Source of the DNA: a virus
Taxonomy: Duplodnaviria; Caudoviricetes
IMG/VR virus record: IMGVR_UViG_3300032240_000649
Location: 1-54,651 of that record
Direction: 5' to 3' (one strand)
Length of the DNA: 54,651 bases
In this document: in pieces, positions 19,720-29,300 of the stretch
How the letters are laid out: each line of letters begins with the position of its first letter
Position numbering within the stretch: position 1 is the stretch's first letter
The notes under the pieces: model-generated
What the model was told of the DNA's origin: nothing
Database searches by the model: none
What the model saw: only the letters and a program-made list of their open reading frames with translations
Program-made: the position numbers and the translations under genes

Positions 19720-20237
19720 TTCCAATCGTTGCCACACTCCTTGGGACCCTTGCTCAAAACGGCTTGGGTCTTTTGTCTTCTGCAATCCAAGCCAAAGGCA
19801 AGCAGGTCGTCGAGGACACCCTTGGCGTCAAGATCTCTGACAACCCAAGCCCTGAAGAGGTTAGCAAGCTGCGCCAGCTTCAGTACGACCACGAAGAGCG
19901 CTTGCTGGAGCTTGGCATCGAAAAGGCCCGACTGGAGCAAGAAGAGCTAAAAGCTTTGCTGGCTGCCAAGGTGGCCGAAGACAACAACGTCACCGACCGC
20001 TGGAAGGCCGACATGTCGTCGGATTCTTGGCTGTCAAAGAACATCCGCCCCGGCACGCTGATCTACATTCTGACGGCTTACTTACTGTTTGCGCTGCTTG
20101 ATGGCGGCGGCTACCGCATTGCCGAGTCCTACGTTCAATTGTTGGGTCAGTGGGGCATGTTGGTCATGACGGCTTACTTTGGCGGCCGGACCGTCGAGAA
20201 GGTCATGGAGCTGCGCAACAAGGGGAAAGACAAATGA
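19716..20237 (+). CDS. Holin (GTA 3TM-holin-like)
   Basis: SDSWLSKNIRP, hydrophobic helices, AYFGGRTVEK motif. Confidence 0.75.
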   Translation: MIPIVATLLGTLAQNGLGLLSSAIQAKGKQVVEDTLGVKISDNPSPEEVSKLRQLQYDHEERLLELGIEKARLEQEELKALLAAKVAEDNNVTDRWKADMSSDSWLSKNIRPGTLIYILTAYLLFALLDGGGYRIAESYVQLLGQWGMLVMTAYFGGRTVEKVMELRNKGKDK

Positions 20238-20575
20238 GCTTGAGCCAAGAACAAGCCGCCTTCCTGCTGGACGCCTGCAAGCTCATCCAGCACGCCACAG
20301 AGCAGGGTTTTCAGGTCACTGGAGGCGAATTAGCTCGCACTCCTGAGCAACAGGCCATTTACGTCAATACAGGCCGTTCCAAGACGTTAAATTCGATTCA
20401 TTTAAAACGCTGCGCAATTGACCTAAATTTCTTTAAAGACGGTAAAATCATTTGGGATAAAACAATATTGGCACCGCTCGGTGCTTATTGGGAATCTTTG
20501 AACCCAAAAAACCGTTGGGGAGGCAATTTTAAGTCGCTGGTTGACTGCCCGCACTTTGAACGCAACGTCGGATAA
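20234..20575 (+). CDS. Endolysin, peptidase M15 family
   Basis: RTPEQQ...SIHLKRCAID...WGGNF...DCPHFE Zn-binding pattern; ATGA coupling to the holin. Confidence 0.88.
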   Translation: MSLSQEQAAFLLDACKLIQHATEQGFQVTGGELARTPEQQAIYVNTGRSKTLNSIHLKRCAIDLNFFKDGKIIWDKTILAPLGAYWESLNPKNRWGGNFKSLVDCPHFERNVG

Positions 20576-20587
20576 GGGGAGAACAAG

Positions 20588-21223
20588 ATGACAGTCGCCG
20601 CCGTAATGACGTATGACTCGCTGGTCAATGACATCCAAACTTATTTGGAGCGTACTGACGCGCAAACTTTGGAGAAGATTCCGCAGTTCATTATGCTGGC
20701 GGAGCAGATCATTGCGTCTGAAATTAAATTCTTGGGCAACCTGACTGTTGCTGAGAGCACCTTGGTTCAAGGTGAAAACATCATCCCCAAACCAGCTCGC
20801 TGGCGCAAGACCGTTTCAATGAACGTCACCGTTGACGGCAAACGGCAGCCGGTCCTGCTGCGCACTTACGAATACATCCGCGAATACTGGCCAGACGCCG
20901 CCTCAACCGACGTGCCGCTGTATTTTTGCGATTATGACTACGAGCACTGGCTTGTTGGCCCAACGCCCGACGCGTCGTACTCGTATGAGGTCCTGTATTA
21001 CCAACGAGTCCAGCCTTTGGACTCAGCGAATCAGTCAAACTGGTTCACCCAGTACGCCCCGCAGGCGCTGCTGTACGGCTCTTTGCTGCAAGCCATGCCG
21101 TTCCTGAAAAACGACGAGCGCATGCCTATGTGGCAAGGTAACTTTGACCATATCATTGAAGTCCTGAAAGCCGAGAACGTCACCCGGGCGGCTGATCGTC
21201 AGGCGATTGTGAGGGATTCATGA
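20588..21223 (+). CDS. Second adaptor/neck ring protein
   Basis: TYDSLVNDIQTYLER...IPQFIMLAE...GPTPDASY...APQALLYGSL pattern. Confidence 0.65.
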   Translation: MTVAAVMTYDSLVNDIQTYLERTDAQTLEKIPQFIMLAEQIIASEIKFLGNLTVAESTLVQGENIIPKPARWRKTVSMNVTVDGKRQPVLLRTYEYIREYWPDAASTDVPLYFCDYDYEHWLVGPTPDASYSYEVLYYQRVQPLDSANQSNWFTQYAPQALLYGSLLQAMPFLKNDERMPMWQGNFDHIIEVLKAENVTRAADRQAIVRDS

Positions 21224-22716
21224 GCTTTACCAGTCCATTTACCGGTCAGGTTATTCAACCGACCGACGTCTCCTACCGCGAGGTCATCCTCGTAGCCGAC
21301 GAAACCCTGTCATGGCCAATCAACGGCAGCGTGACGGACAACGCCGCAGCTCGTATCATGGACGTCACGTCCTTGTCCAGTGGCTTGGCTTTGTCTGGCG
21401 TTACCGTCACTGGCACAAACGGTCAGTGTTCCTGCACTACGACCCCGAGCCTGTTCATTGGCCAAGCGGTTGTTGTCACCGGAATCTCAACCGGCACGTC
21501 AACCGGCATTACAACCGGCAACACCTACTACATCATTGCCACCAATGGCACGACAACCTTCACCTTGTCGGCCACTTTGGGCGGTGCTGCGGTGGCCACC
21601 ACGGCTGGCACAACTACCGGCCTGACGTTCACGCTTGATTCGTTTTCCCTTGCCATGCCACCGGCAAGTCAAGCCTCAGTTGGCATCGATGCGTTGTTCC
21701 GCAACGTCGGCTCTTACACTTTTACGGTTACTGATTACGTCGGCGGCACAATTTGCACGGTTGCACCGGGCGCGGCTAAGTACATCTACCTGACGGACAA
21801 CGCCACAACGGCTGGCACTTGGGGCTTGATTGCTTTTGGCGTCGGAACATCAAACGTCGACGCTGCGACGCTTGCCGGTTTTGGCCTCAAGGCCATTTCA
21901 AACACGCTGAATTCTGCAAACAATGTCAACACATTTGCGTCAAGCTACACAGCCCTCAGCACAGACCGCGCATCAACCTATGTTTGGACCGGTGGCTCTG
22001 GCACGCTGACGTTAACGTCTGCCATCACGCTGGGCAACGACTGGTACATGATGGTCCGTAACAGCGGATCTGGCACTTTGACGATTGCCCCTTCCGGCGG
22101 CATTCAGATCAACGGCGCTTCAACAATCTCGCTGTCGCCTGCTGACTCTTGCGTGATCTGCTGCTCTGGCGCTGCCTTTTATACCGTTGGTCTTGGCCGT
22201 AGCACTCAGTTCAACTTCACCCAGCTCACCAAGGCAGTGGTGACCGGCAGTTACACCTTGAGCGCCTCGGAGGCCGCCAACACCATTCAGAAATACACCG
22301 GAACCCTGACTGGCAATGTGACTGTTGTCTTGCCTCAGACCGTGCAGGTGTACTACATCACCAACCAAACCAACGGCGGTGGTCCGGGCTACCAGATCAC
22401 CTTCACCACGGGCGCAGGTGGTGCGACTGCTACGGTCCCCGCTGGCCAGCAGGTGATTCTGCTGTGCGACTCGGTGAACCTGCTTAACGCCTCGACGATT
22501 GCCGCCGGTGCTGTGAACGTCTCATTGGTGGACGGCACGGTCGGCGCACCTTCATTGAATTTTGCAACTGAAACATCGACTGGTATTTACCGTCCCGGAT
22601 CTGGAGAGTTTGGCATTTCAATTTTGGGCGTGAAGCTGTTTGGCTTGACGTCCACGGGCCTCAATATTCCGGGGACTGGTAACTTTACCGGGGGTGTGCA
22701 AGGCGGGACCTTCTGA
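21220..22716 (+). CDS. Tail structural/fibre-like protein
   Basis: Beta-rich T/G/S composition; DGTVGAPSLNF...TGIYR motif; ends GGTF. Confidence 0.7.
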   Translation: MSFTSPFTGQVIQPTDVSYREVILVADETLSWPINGSVTDNAAARIMDVTSLSSGLALSGVTVTGTNGQCSCTTTPSLFIGQAVVVTGISTGTSTGITTGNTYYIIATNGTTTFTLSATLGGAAVATTAGTTTGLTFTLDSFSLAMPPASQASVGIDALFRNVGSYTFTVTDYVGGTICTVAPGAAKYIYLTDNATTAGTWGLIAFGVGTSNVDAATLAGFGLKAISNTLNSANNVNTFASSYTALSTDRASTYVWTGGSGTLTLTSAITLGNDWYMMVRNSGSGTLTIAPSGGIQINGASTISLSPADSCVICCSGAAFYTVGLGRSTQFNFTQLTKAVVTGSYTLSASEAANTIQKYTGTLTGNVTVVLPQTVQVYYITNQTNGGGPGYQITFTTGAGGATATVPAGQQVILLCDSVNLLNASTIAAGAVNVSLVDGTVGAPSLNFATETSTGIYRPGSGEFGISILGVKLFGLTSTGLNIPGTGNFTGGVQGGTF

Positions 22717-24929
22717 TGACTGCAAAAGTCTTTTCCCTCGACACGCAGCCGGGTATCCAGCGCGATGGAACGGTGTTTGACAAGCAGTTCTACAACGACG
22801 GTTTGTGGGTCCGCTTCCAGCGTGGCCGACCCCGCAAGATTTTGGGTTATCGCGTTATTTCGGACCAATTAACCGGACCATCTCGCGGCATCTGGGTCAA
22901 CCCGCAAAATGCATTCACGTCGATCTTCAGCGGCTACAACAATGGCCTGCAAGTTCTGACAATTGACAACAACGGGGTGGGCGCTGGCATCGGTGACTTC
23001 ACGTTGGCCAACTTTACCCAGTCCAATTTGAACCTGTGGCAGTTTGATGGCTTCTATGACGTTGCGGGCACCGGTTTGCAGTCTTTGGTGGCTCACCCCG
23101 GACAGAACCTTGCATCGATTGACAACGACGTCAACACGCCTGTTTTGATTGGCGACATCACATCATTGAACATGAGCCAGATCGGCGTGTTCACTAACTC
23201 TGGAACCACCACGGCACTCAGCCCTACGGTGACTTTGGCTGCTGCAAACCCATTGATTGGTGCTGGCCAAACGGTGACAGGCACAGGCATTCCGGCAAAT
23301 ACCACGGTGCTGTCTGTTTCTACGACCACGGTGACTTTGTCCAACAACGCTACGGCGTCGGGCACTGTGGTGCTGACCTTCAACAACAACATTTCGGTGT
23401 CCGGCGGTTTGGTATCGCTGCACCCGTACCTGTTTGTGTACGGCAACAACGGCTTGATTCAGAATTGCTCGGCTGGCAACACCAACGACTGGGTCTCTGC
23501 GGACGCAAACGCGACCAACGTGGCCTCCGGAAAGATTGTCCAAGGGTTACCCGTCAGGGGCGGTTCAAACGCGCCTTCTGGCTTGTTTTGGAGCCTTGAC
23601 AGCTTGATCCGCGTGTCGTTCATCGGCGGCACGGGAACACCTCCCCAATACTGGCGCTATGACATCATCAGCAGTCAGTCCTCAATTCTGTCTTCGCAGT
23701 CGGCCATCGAGTACGACGGCGTCTACTACTGGTGCGGTGTTGACCGTTTCTTGCTTTACAACGGTGTTGTGAAGGAGATCCCCAACAACATGAACCAGAA
23801 CTATTTCTTTGACAACTTGAACTATGACCAGCGTCAGAAGGTTTGGGCAACGAAGGTCCCTCGTTACGGCGAGATCTGGTGGTTCTACCCACGCGGCGAC
23901 GCAACCGAATGCACCGACGCGATCATCTACAACGTGCGCGAAAACACTTGGTACGACGCAGGCCAAGCGCTCGGTGCGCAGCGCTCTGCCGGTTACTTCT
24001 CGCAGGTGTTTGCATACCCTGTGGCCGCCGATTGGCACACCACCACGGCAGAGACCGTGTTCACCGGGACCTTTAATGAGGTCAGCGGCAGCAAGTTCCT
24101 GTACAACGACACCTACAGCACGCAGGTTGCAATTGGCCAAGTCATCTCTGGCTCAAACATCCCAACCGGCACCAAGGTGGTGGCGATCACCACAAGCAAC
24201 GTCAAGACCCTTGGGTCCATTACGCCCGGCTCTGGCTACGTCAACGGCTCATATACCAATGTGCCCCTCACCGGAGGCTCTGGATCGGGCGCTAAGGCCA
24301 CGATTGGCGTTTCTGGGGGTGCAGTGACCACCGTGACAATTACGGCCCGTGGAGCCGGTTATGCGGTTGGTAACGTGTTGAGCGCGTCGAACACAAACCT
24401 TGGCGGTACTGGCTCCGGGTTTTCAATCCCCGTGACGGCCATTTACACCCAAGCCATTGAGATGTCATTGGCGTCGACCGGAACCGGTTCGGTTTCGCTT
24501 ACCTTTTCGATTCCTGCTGACCTGATTGAGATCTATCAGCACGAGATTGGCACGGACCAGATCGTCGGCCAGAACGTGCGTGCGATCCGCAGCTACTTTG
24601 AGACCAACGACCTTGGCTGGGTCACCGGCGGACCCTCGCAACCAACGGCCGATGGCAACAACCGCTGGTTGCGTTTGGAGCGGGTGGAACCTGACTTTGT
24701 ACAAGAGGGTGAGATGTCACTGATTGTGACCGGGCCGCCGTTTGCGCAGGGTGAGGATAAAGAATCTGACCCCTACGTTTTTGGACCCAACACCGGCAAG
24801 ATTGACATGCGTGAGCAGCGCCGCGAATTGCGGCTGCGGTTCATCTCCGACGTGGCTGGTGGCAATTACCAGCTTGGTAAAGTGATTTTGGACGCCGACA
24901 TTGGCGACGTGAGGCCCTATGGCCCTTAA
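22716..24929 (+). CDS. Tail nozzle/DNA stabilisation protein (P22 gp10/T7 gp12-like)
   Basis: 737 aa; WVRFQRGRPRKI N-terminus, propeller-like YYWCGVDRFLLYNG and EIWWFYP...IIYNVRENTWY; precedes the ejection genes. Confidence 0.7.
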   Translation: MTAKVFSLDTQPGIQRDGTVFDKQFYNDGLWVRFQRGRPRKILGYRVISDQLTGPSRGIWVNPQNAFTSIFSGYNNGLQVLTIDNNGVGAGIGDFTLANFTQSNLNLWQFDGFYDVAGTGLQSLVAHPGQNLASIDNDVNTPVLIGDITSLNMSQIGVFTNSGTTTALSPTVTLAAANPLIGAGQTVTGTGIPANTTVLSVSTTTVTLSNNATASGTVVLTFNNNISVSGGLVSLHPYLFVYGNNGLIQNCSAGNTNDWVSADANATNVASGKIVQGLPVRGGSNAPSGLFWSLDSLIRVSFIGGTGTPPQYWRYDIISSQSSILSSQSAIEYDGVYYWCGVDRFLLYNGVVKEIPNNMNQNYFFDNLNYDQRQKVWATKVPRYGEIWWFYPRGDATECTDAIIYNVRENTWYDAGQALGAQRSAGYFSQVFAYPVAADWHTTTAETVFTGTFNEVSGSKFLYNDTYSTQVAIGQVISGSNIPTGTKVVAITTSNVKTLGSITPGSGYVNGSYTNVPLTGGSGSGAKATIGVSGGAVTTVTITARGAGYAVGNVLSASNTNLGGTGSGFSIPVTAIYTQAIEMSLASTGTGSVSLTFSIPADLIEIYQHEIGTDQIVGQNVRAIRSYFETNDLGWVTGGPSQPTADGNNRWLRLERVEPDFVQEGEMSLIVTGPPFAQGEDKESDPYVFGPNTGKIDMREQRRELRLRFISDVAGGNYQLGKVILDADIGDVRPYGP

Positions 24930-25179
24930 TCCAGCACAGGTCTATGACCCTCGTTACCACACGTTTGAGTCGTGGGCGTCGCTCATGTGCGAGCTTTACG
25001 GCGCTCAGAATCTTGAGATCCCCAACGCTTTGACCGAGTGGAAAAAGTGGGGCAACGGCCTGAACGCAATCGATGTTTTTTCAAATGAAGCCACCCCGCG
25101 CACTGACCAGTACGACAATTGGTTCGACTGGGCCGAGGCCATGGTGGCGGCAGTTAACCCGGCGACCCAAACAACATGA
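24919..25179 (+). CDS. Hypothetical Trp-rich protein
   Basis: 86 aa; overlaps both neighbours; GAGG RBS. Confidence 0.7.
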   Translation: MALNPAQVYDPRYHTFESWASLMCELYGAQNLEIPNALTEWKKWGNGLNAIDVFSNEATPRTDQYDNWFDWAEAMVAAVNPATQTT

Positions 25180-25874
25180 CATATTGGTGCGACAACTCCC
25201 CTGTGTGGAGTCATTACGGCAACGCCTCTAGCGTCCTTTTCCCGGCGTGGGAAAGGGCGTTTGCGGCCGTGATTAAGCACTACCTGCCTGTGGTTCAGGA
25301 TCAAGACCTGAAGGCCCGCATGGTGCAGTTCATGAACGAAGAGCTGGCTCACGCATCGGCGCACGAGGCTTTCAACAAGCGCCAAGGCCTTGAGGAGCTG
25401 GAGGCCGTTGAATTCAGACGCGCCCGGATTGTGCTGCGCAAGCCCGGGTTGCCGTTTTGGCTGGGCACCATGGTGTCGATTGAGCACTTGGCGGCCTGCA
25501 TGTCTCGTTCGGTGATTGGCCGTTGGGGCGGGCGCGAAGGGCGCGATTACAAACTGTTCCTGTGGCACGCTAAAGACGAGCTTGGCCACAAGGCCTTGGC
25601 CATCGACCTGTGGCGCTACCTTGGCCATTCTGACGCCGAGCTGCGCAAAATTGCGCGGAGCAACCAGTTCTACGTCATGGGCGGCATGATCAAACATACC
25701 ATCAAGCAAACTGCAAAGGATGGCCAGCTTCGCAACTGGAGAACGTGGAGCGATCTGCTGTCGTGGTCGTTCTTTGTGACCACCAAGGTCCTGATCCCGA
25801 TGCTAACAATTTATTTGCCCGGGTTTCATCCAAACAAAACAGACGACACCAAATACATGGAGGTGCCCGCATGA
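25176..25874 (+). CDS. Ferritin-like dimetal protein (predicted metal-dependent hydrolase, PF10118-like)
   Basis: FPAWERAF, EELAHASAHEAFN, IEHLAA, FLWHAKDELGHKALAID, YLPGFHP match the family pattern. Confidence 0.8.
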   Translation: MTYWCDNSPVWSHYGNASSVLFPAWERAFAAVIKHYLPVVQDQDLKARMVQFMNEELAHASAHEAFNKRQGLEELEAVEFRRARIVLRKPGLPFWLGTMVSIEHLAACMSRSVIGRWGGREGRDYKLFLWHAKDELGHKALAIDLWRYLGHSDAELRKIARSNQFYVMGGMIKHTIKQTAKDGQLRNWRTWSDLLSWSFFVTTKVLIPMLTIYLPGFHPNKTDDTKYMEVPA

Positions 25875-26356
25875 ACGCAACAGGCATCCACCCCGTCAGC
25901 TCCAAGGAGCACATGCTCAAGCCCACCGACATTTTTGCGGTGGCTGCGCACGAGTACAAGCAAGGCATTGAAAACTGCACCGCTGCTGCAAAAAAATATC
26001 ACGTCTCGCCTGAGCGTTTGTCGTACTCAATCATGATTCAAGAGTACAGCGATCCACGCTTGATTCGTATTCGCGAAGGCAACACCTTGTTCACGATTGC
26101 AGCGATGCCGCACCGTGTTGGCTATGTCCGCAGCTACAACGGCGACACGGCAGACAACTTTATTGAAAACATGATTGTGTTTAATCAAGCAGCTCGCAAG
26201 ATGGGTTTTGACGTTTTGGTTGCGCACACCTCGCCTGACATTGTTCGGGCGCTAAAGCTCTCGTTAAGAAAGCACAAAATCAAGGGCATCAAATCAAACT
26301 TTGATTCCTCACAAAATATGTTTGCGATCACCACTGGTGAACCAAGGGGTGAATGA
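25871..26356 (+). CDS. Hypothetical protein (possible GNAT-like/T7 gp13-position assembly protein)
   Basis: ATGA coupling; alpha/beta pattern; lies just before the ejection genes. An alternative start at 25913 has AAGGAG. Confidence 0.55.
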   Translation: MNATGIHPVSSKEHMLKPTDIFAVAAHEYKQGIENCTAAAKKYHVSPERLSYSIMIQEYSDPRLIRIREGNTLFTIAAMPHRVGYVRSYNGDTADNFIENMIVFNQAARKMGFDVLVAHTSPDIVRALKLSLRKHKIKGIKSNFDSSQNMFAITTGEPRGE

Positions 26357-29300
26357 TGGGATGGGTAAATAACAACATCATAAAACCTGCCGTCAACTTA
26401 GTTAGCTCCGTTGTTGGCGGCGTAGTCGACCTTGCAAGCAGCGCTTTAAAGACCGTAGGCGATGCAATTGGTAGCGTCGTTAAAACTGTTGGCAAGACCG
26501 TTGAGGCCGTACTAAAAGATCCCCTGCCTACGCTGCTGCAAATCGGTGGATCTTTTATTGGTATACCGCCTTACGTTACTGCTGCGGTGATCACTGCTGC
26601 CAAGGGCGGCAAGCTTGAGGACATTGCCAAATCAGCCGCAATTTCGTATGCCTCGACGCAGATCTTGTCGAACACTGAGATTGGCACAACGATTGGCGAC
26701 ACGACCAAGACTTGGGGCAACGACTTCACCAACAACATGATGAAGACGTTTGACCTGCCGCCCGACACGGCAGTGTCGATTGCCAAATCGGCTACGGCTG
26801 CCTTGAACTCATCTGTGATTGGCGGCATTAACGCTGCCATCAGCGGTAAGTCAATTGCAACCGGCATCACGTCTGGCTTTACGTCCGGCTTGGTGTATTC
26901 ATCAACCGACAGCTTCTTTGACTCGATCAATAAAGACCCTAATTGGGGTTTCAGCGACAAGGCAGTGAGCTTGATGAAGGGCGCAACCAGCACCGCCCTG
27001 AATACATTCATCTCTGGCAAGGGCGACCCCGCTCAGGCCGTTGGAAACTACATTGCTTACGCCGCTTTGAACATGGGTGGCACATCGCTTGCGCAGTCTG
27101 CAAAAGATGCCTACAAACTGTTGACCACTGACACTGAAGCAGCAAAAGCGGCACAAGACAAATACACCACGCTCAAGGCCGACTACGATCAAAAAATTAA
27201 AGACGGCGAAACTTTGCGCACAACCATCAATGATGAGTCTGCTGCATACAAAAAAGTTGTTGACGAGCAATACAACCCATATAAGGAAAAGCTGGACGGA
27301 TTGATTGCCGAAAACACTACGGCTGTTGATGACTTCAACACCAACAAAAAGGCATACGACGACAACAAGTGGGCCTACGACAACTATGCAACCAAAATGA
27401 GTCAGCTTGGTTATGAGGCGTCCGCTAATGAAGACGGTTCTAACACTTATTACAAGCGAGTTGGTGGCCGTTATGAAATGCGAGATGATGGAGAAGGCGG
27501 CCAGTACCGGGCCTATATTCCTGATGGCTCTATAAGAGACGATGAAGGAAACCCAACATGGCGCACGGTTTATGACGCGCCTTCTCAGCAATCCTATGCC
27601 GATGCGGCCAACGCTGCGGCTACAAAAGCCAACGCTGCGGCTGATAAGTACACCAGCACCAAAAATGCGGCAGAAAAACTTGCGGCCGACAACAAAGACA
27701 TGGTTGACGGTCTTGTGGCCTCTGGCAAGTCCATCGATACCAAGATGACCGACTTGCAAAAAATTAAAGACGATGTTGAGAAGCCCAACGCTGACGGCAC
27801 AAACTTGGCTGCCAAAGTCAAAGCCGCGTCTGACGCATATCAGACCAAGTACGACGCATGGGCCAAGACCAAGGAAGCCGCAGATCGCTCTGCCGAGAAC
27901 TACACCAAGGCCTTGGCCGAGGCGGCCACCAGAAACGCCACCATTGACGCGCTGAACACCGGCGCAATCAAAGCCACAAGCAAAGACGCTGACGGCAACT
28001 GGACGCTTTCTAACGGCATGACTTTGACCAGCGATGGCAAGTTTATACAGGACGGCAAGCAGGCCTTTACAAACACCGCAGGCATTCCACAGGCCGTGCT
28101 TGACTTCAAGGCGGCCGACGGAACCAAGGTTGACTTCAATGAGAACGCTGGCCGCGTAATGTCCACCACTGACGTTCAAAGCGTCATGAAGCGCGACTAC
28201 AACCTTGACGTGAGCGAAGACGAAGCCAAGAAGTTTGCAGGCACAACCTACGGCACAACAGATGCCAAGGCGATGAACGACTTCACCAATCAAAAGGTGC
28301 GCGACGCTTACTTCCAAACCGTTGGTGCGCAGCCTACCGATGCTCAAGTCACTCAGATCAGAGCAACTGGTGGTGGCGGTAACGACCTTTTAACCAGCGC
28401 CAAAGAGTTTGCTGTCAACGGCCTCGACCTGCCTGAAGACTACAAGTTCCCCGACACCAACGCCAAAATATCTTTTGGCCAAGCCTATGCCGCAGCCCGT
28501 TCTGCTTACGGCCCAAATGCCACGTTTGAGTGGAACGGCAAAAAGTACACCACCGAAAACCGCGAAGAAAAAATTGTTCGTGACGACACGGCCGCTGCGG
28601 CTGCTGGCAAGTACGACACGCAAGTTTCGTCATATGCCAAGTACAAGATGCTGGACAACCTCAGCAGCCCTGACTTCAATCCGGCGGACTTGACCAAAGG
28701 CGAGATGTCAAAGTTTGTTGACGCATACACAAATGCAAGCCCGCTGCAACGGGCTGCAATGCTCAAGGGTTCTGACAGCTCGACCTACAAAGTCATTGAC
28801 ACAATTTTGAACGAAACGGCTCGTTATAACCCAACGGGTCAAATCAATACCACCTACAAAGGCACGACAACCGGAACTATCTCGGCTTACAACCCCACCG
28901 GCGTTGAGAAAATTCTTGACTCTGTCAGAACCGGCAAAGATGTGCTCAATGCTGGTTTGAACATTGCAACGGCTGACGTGGCAGGTGTTGTCACTCGCGG
29001 CGCACAGTTGCTTCGCGACGCAATAGGTTTGGACAATACGACTGCTGACAAGATCCAGCAAATGTGGAGTGACTCCAAGGACAAGTCCCTCAAAGGCCTT
29101 GCAACCGACAATCAGCGCGTTATTGCAGGCGGTATTGCATCTGGCCTTGAATCGGTTGGTGCGTTTGCTACAAGCGGCCCTGTTGGGGCTTTGATGACCC
29201 TTGGCGCTATTGCCGCCAATAACTCATACCAAGAGGGCGCTACCACTTGGATTGACAACAACGGCAAGGCTTACTCGTCCAAAGATGAGGCTGCACGCGC

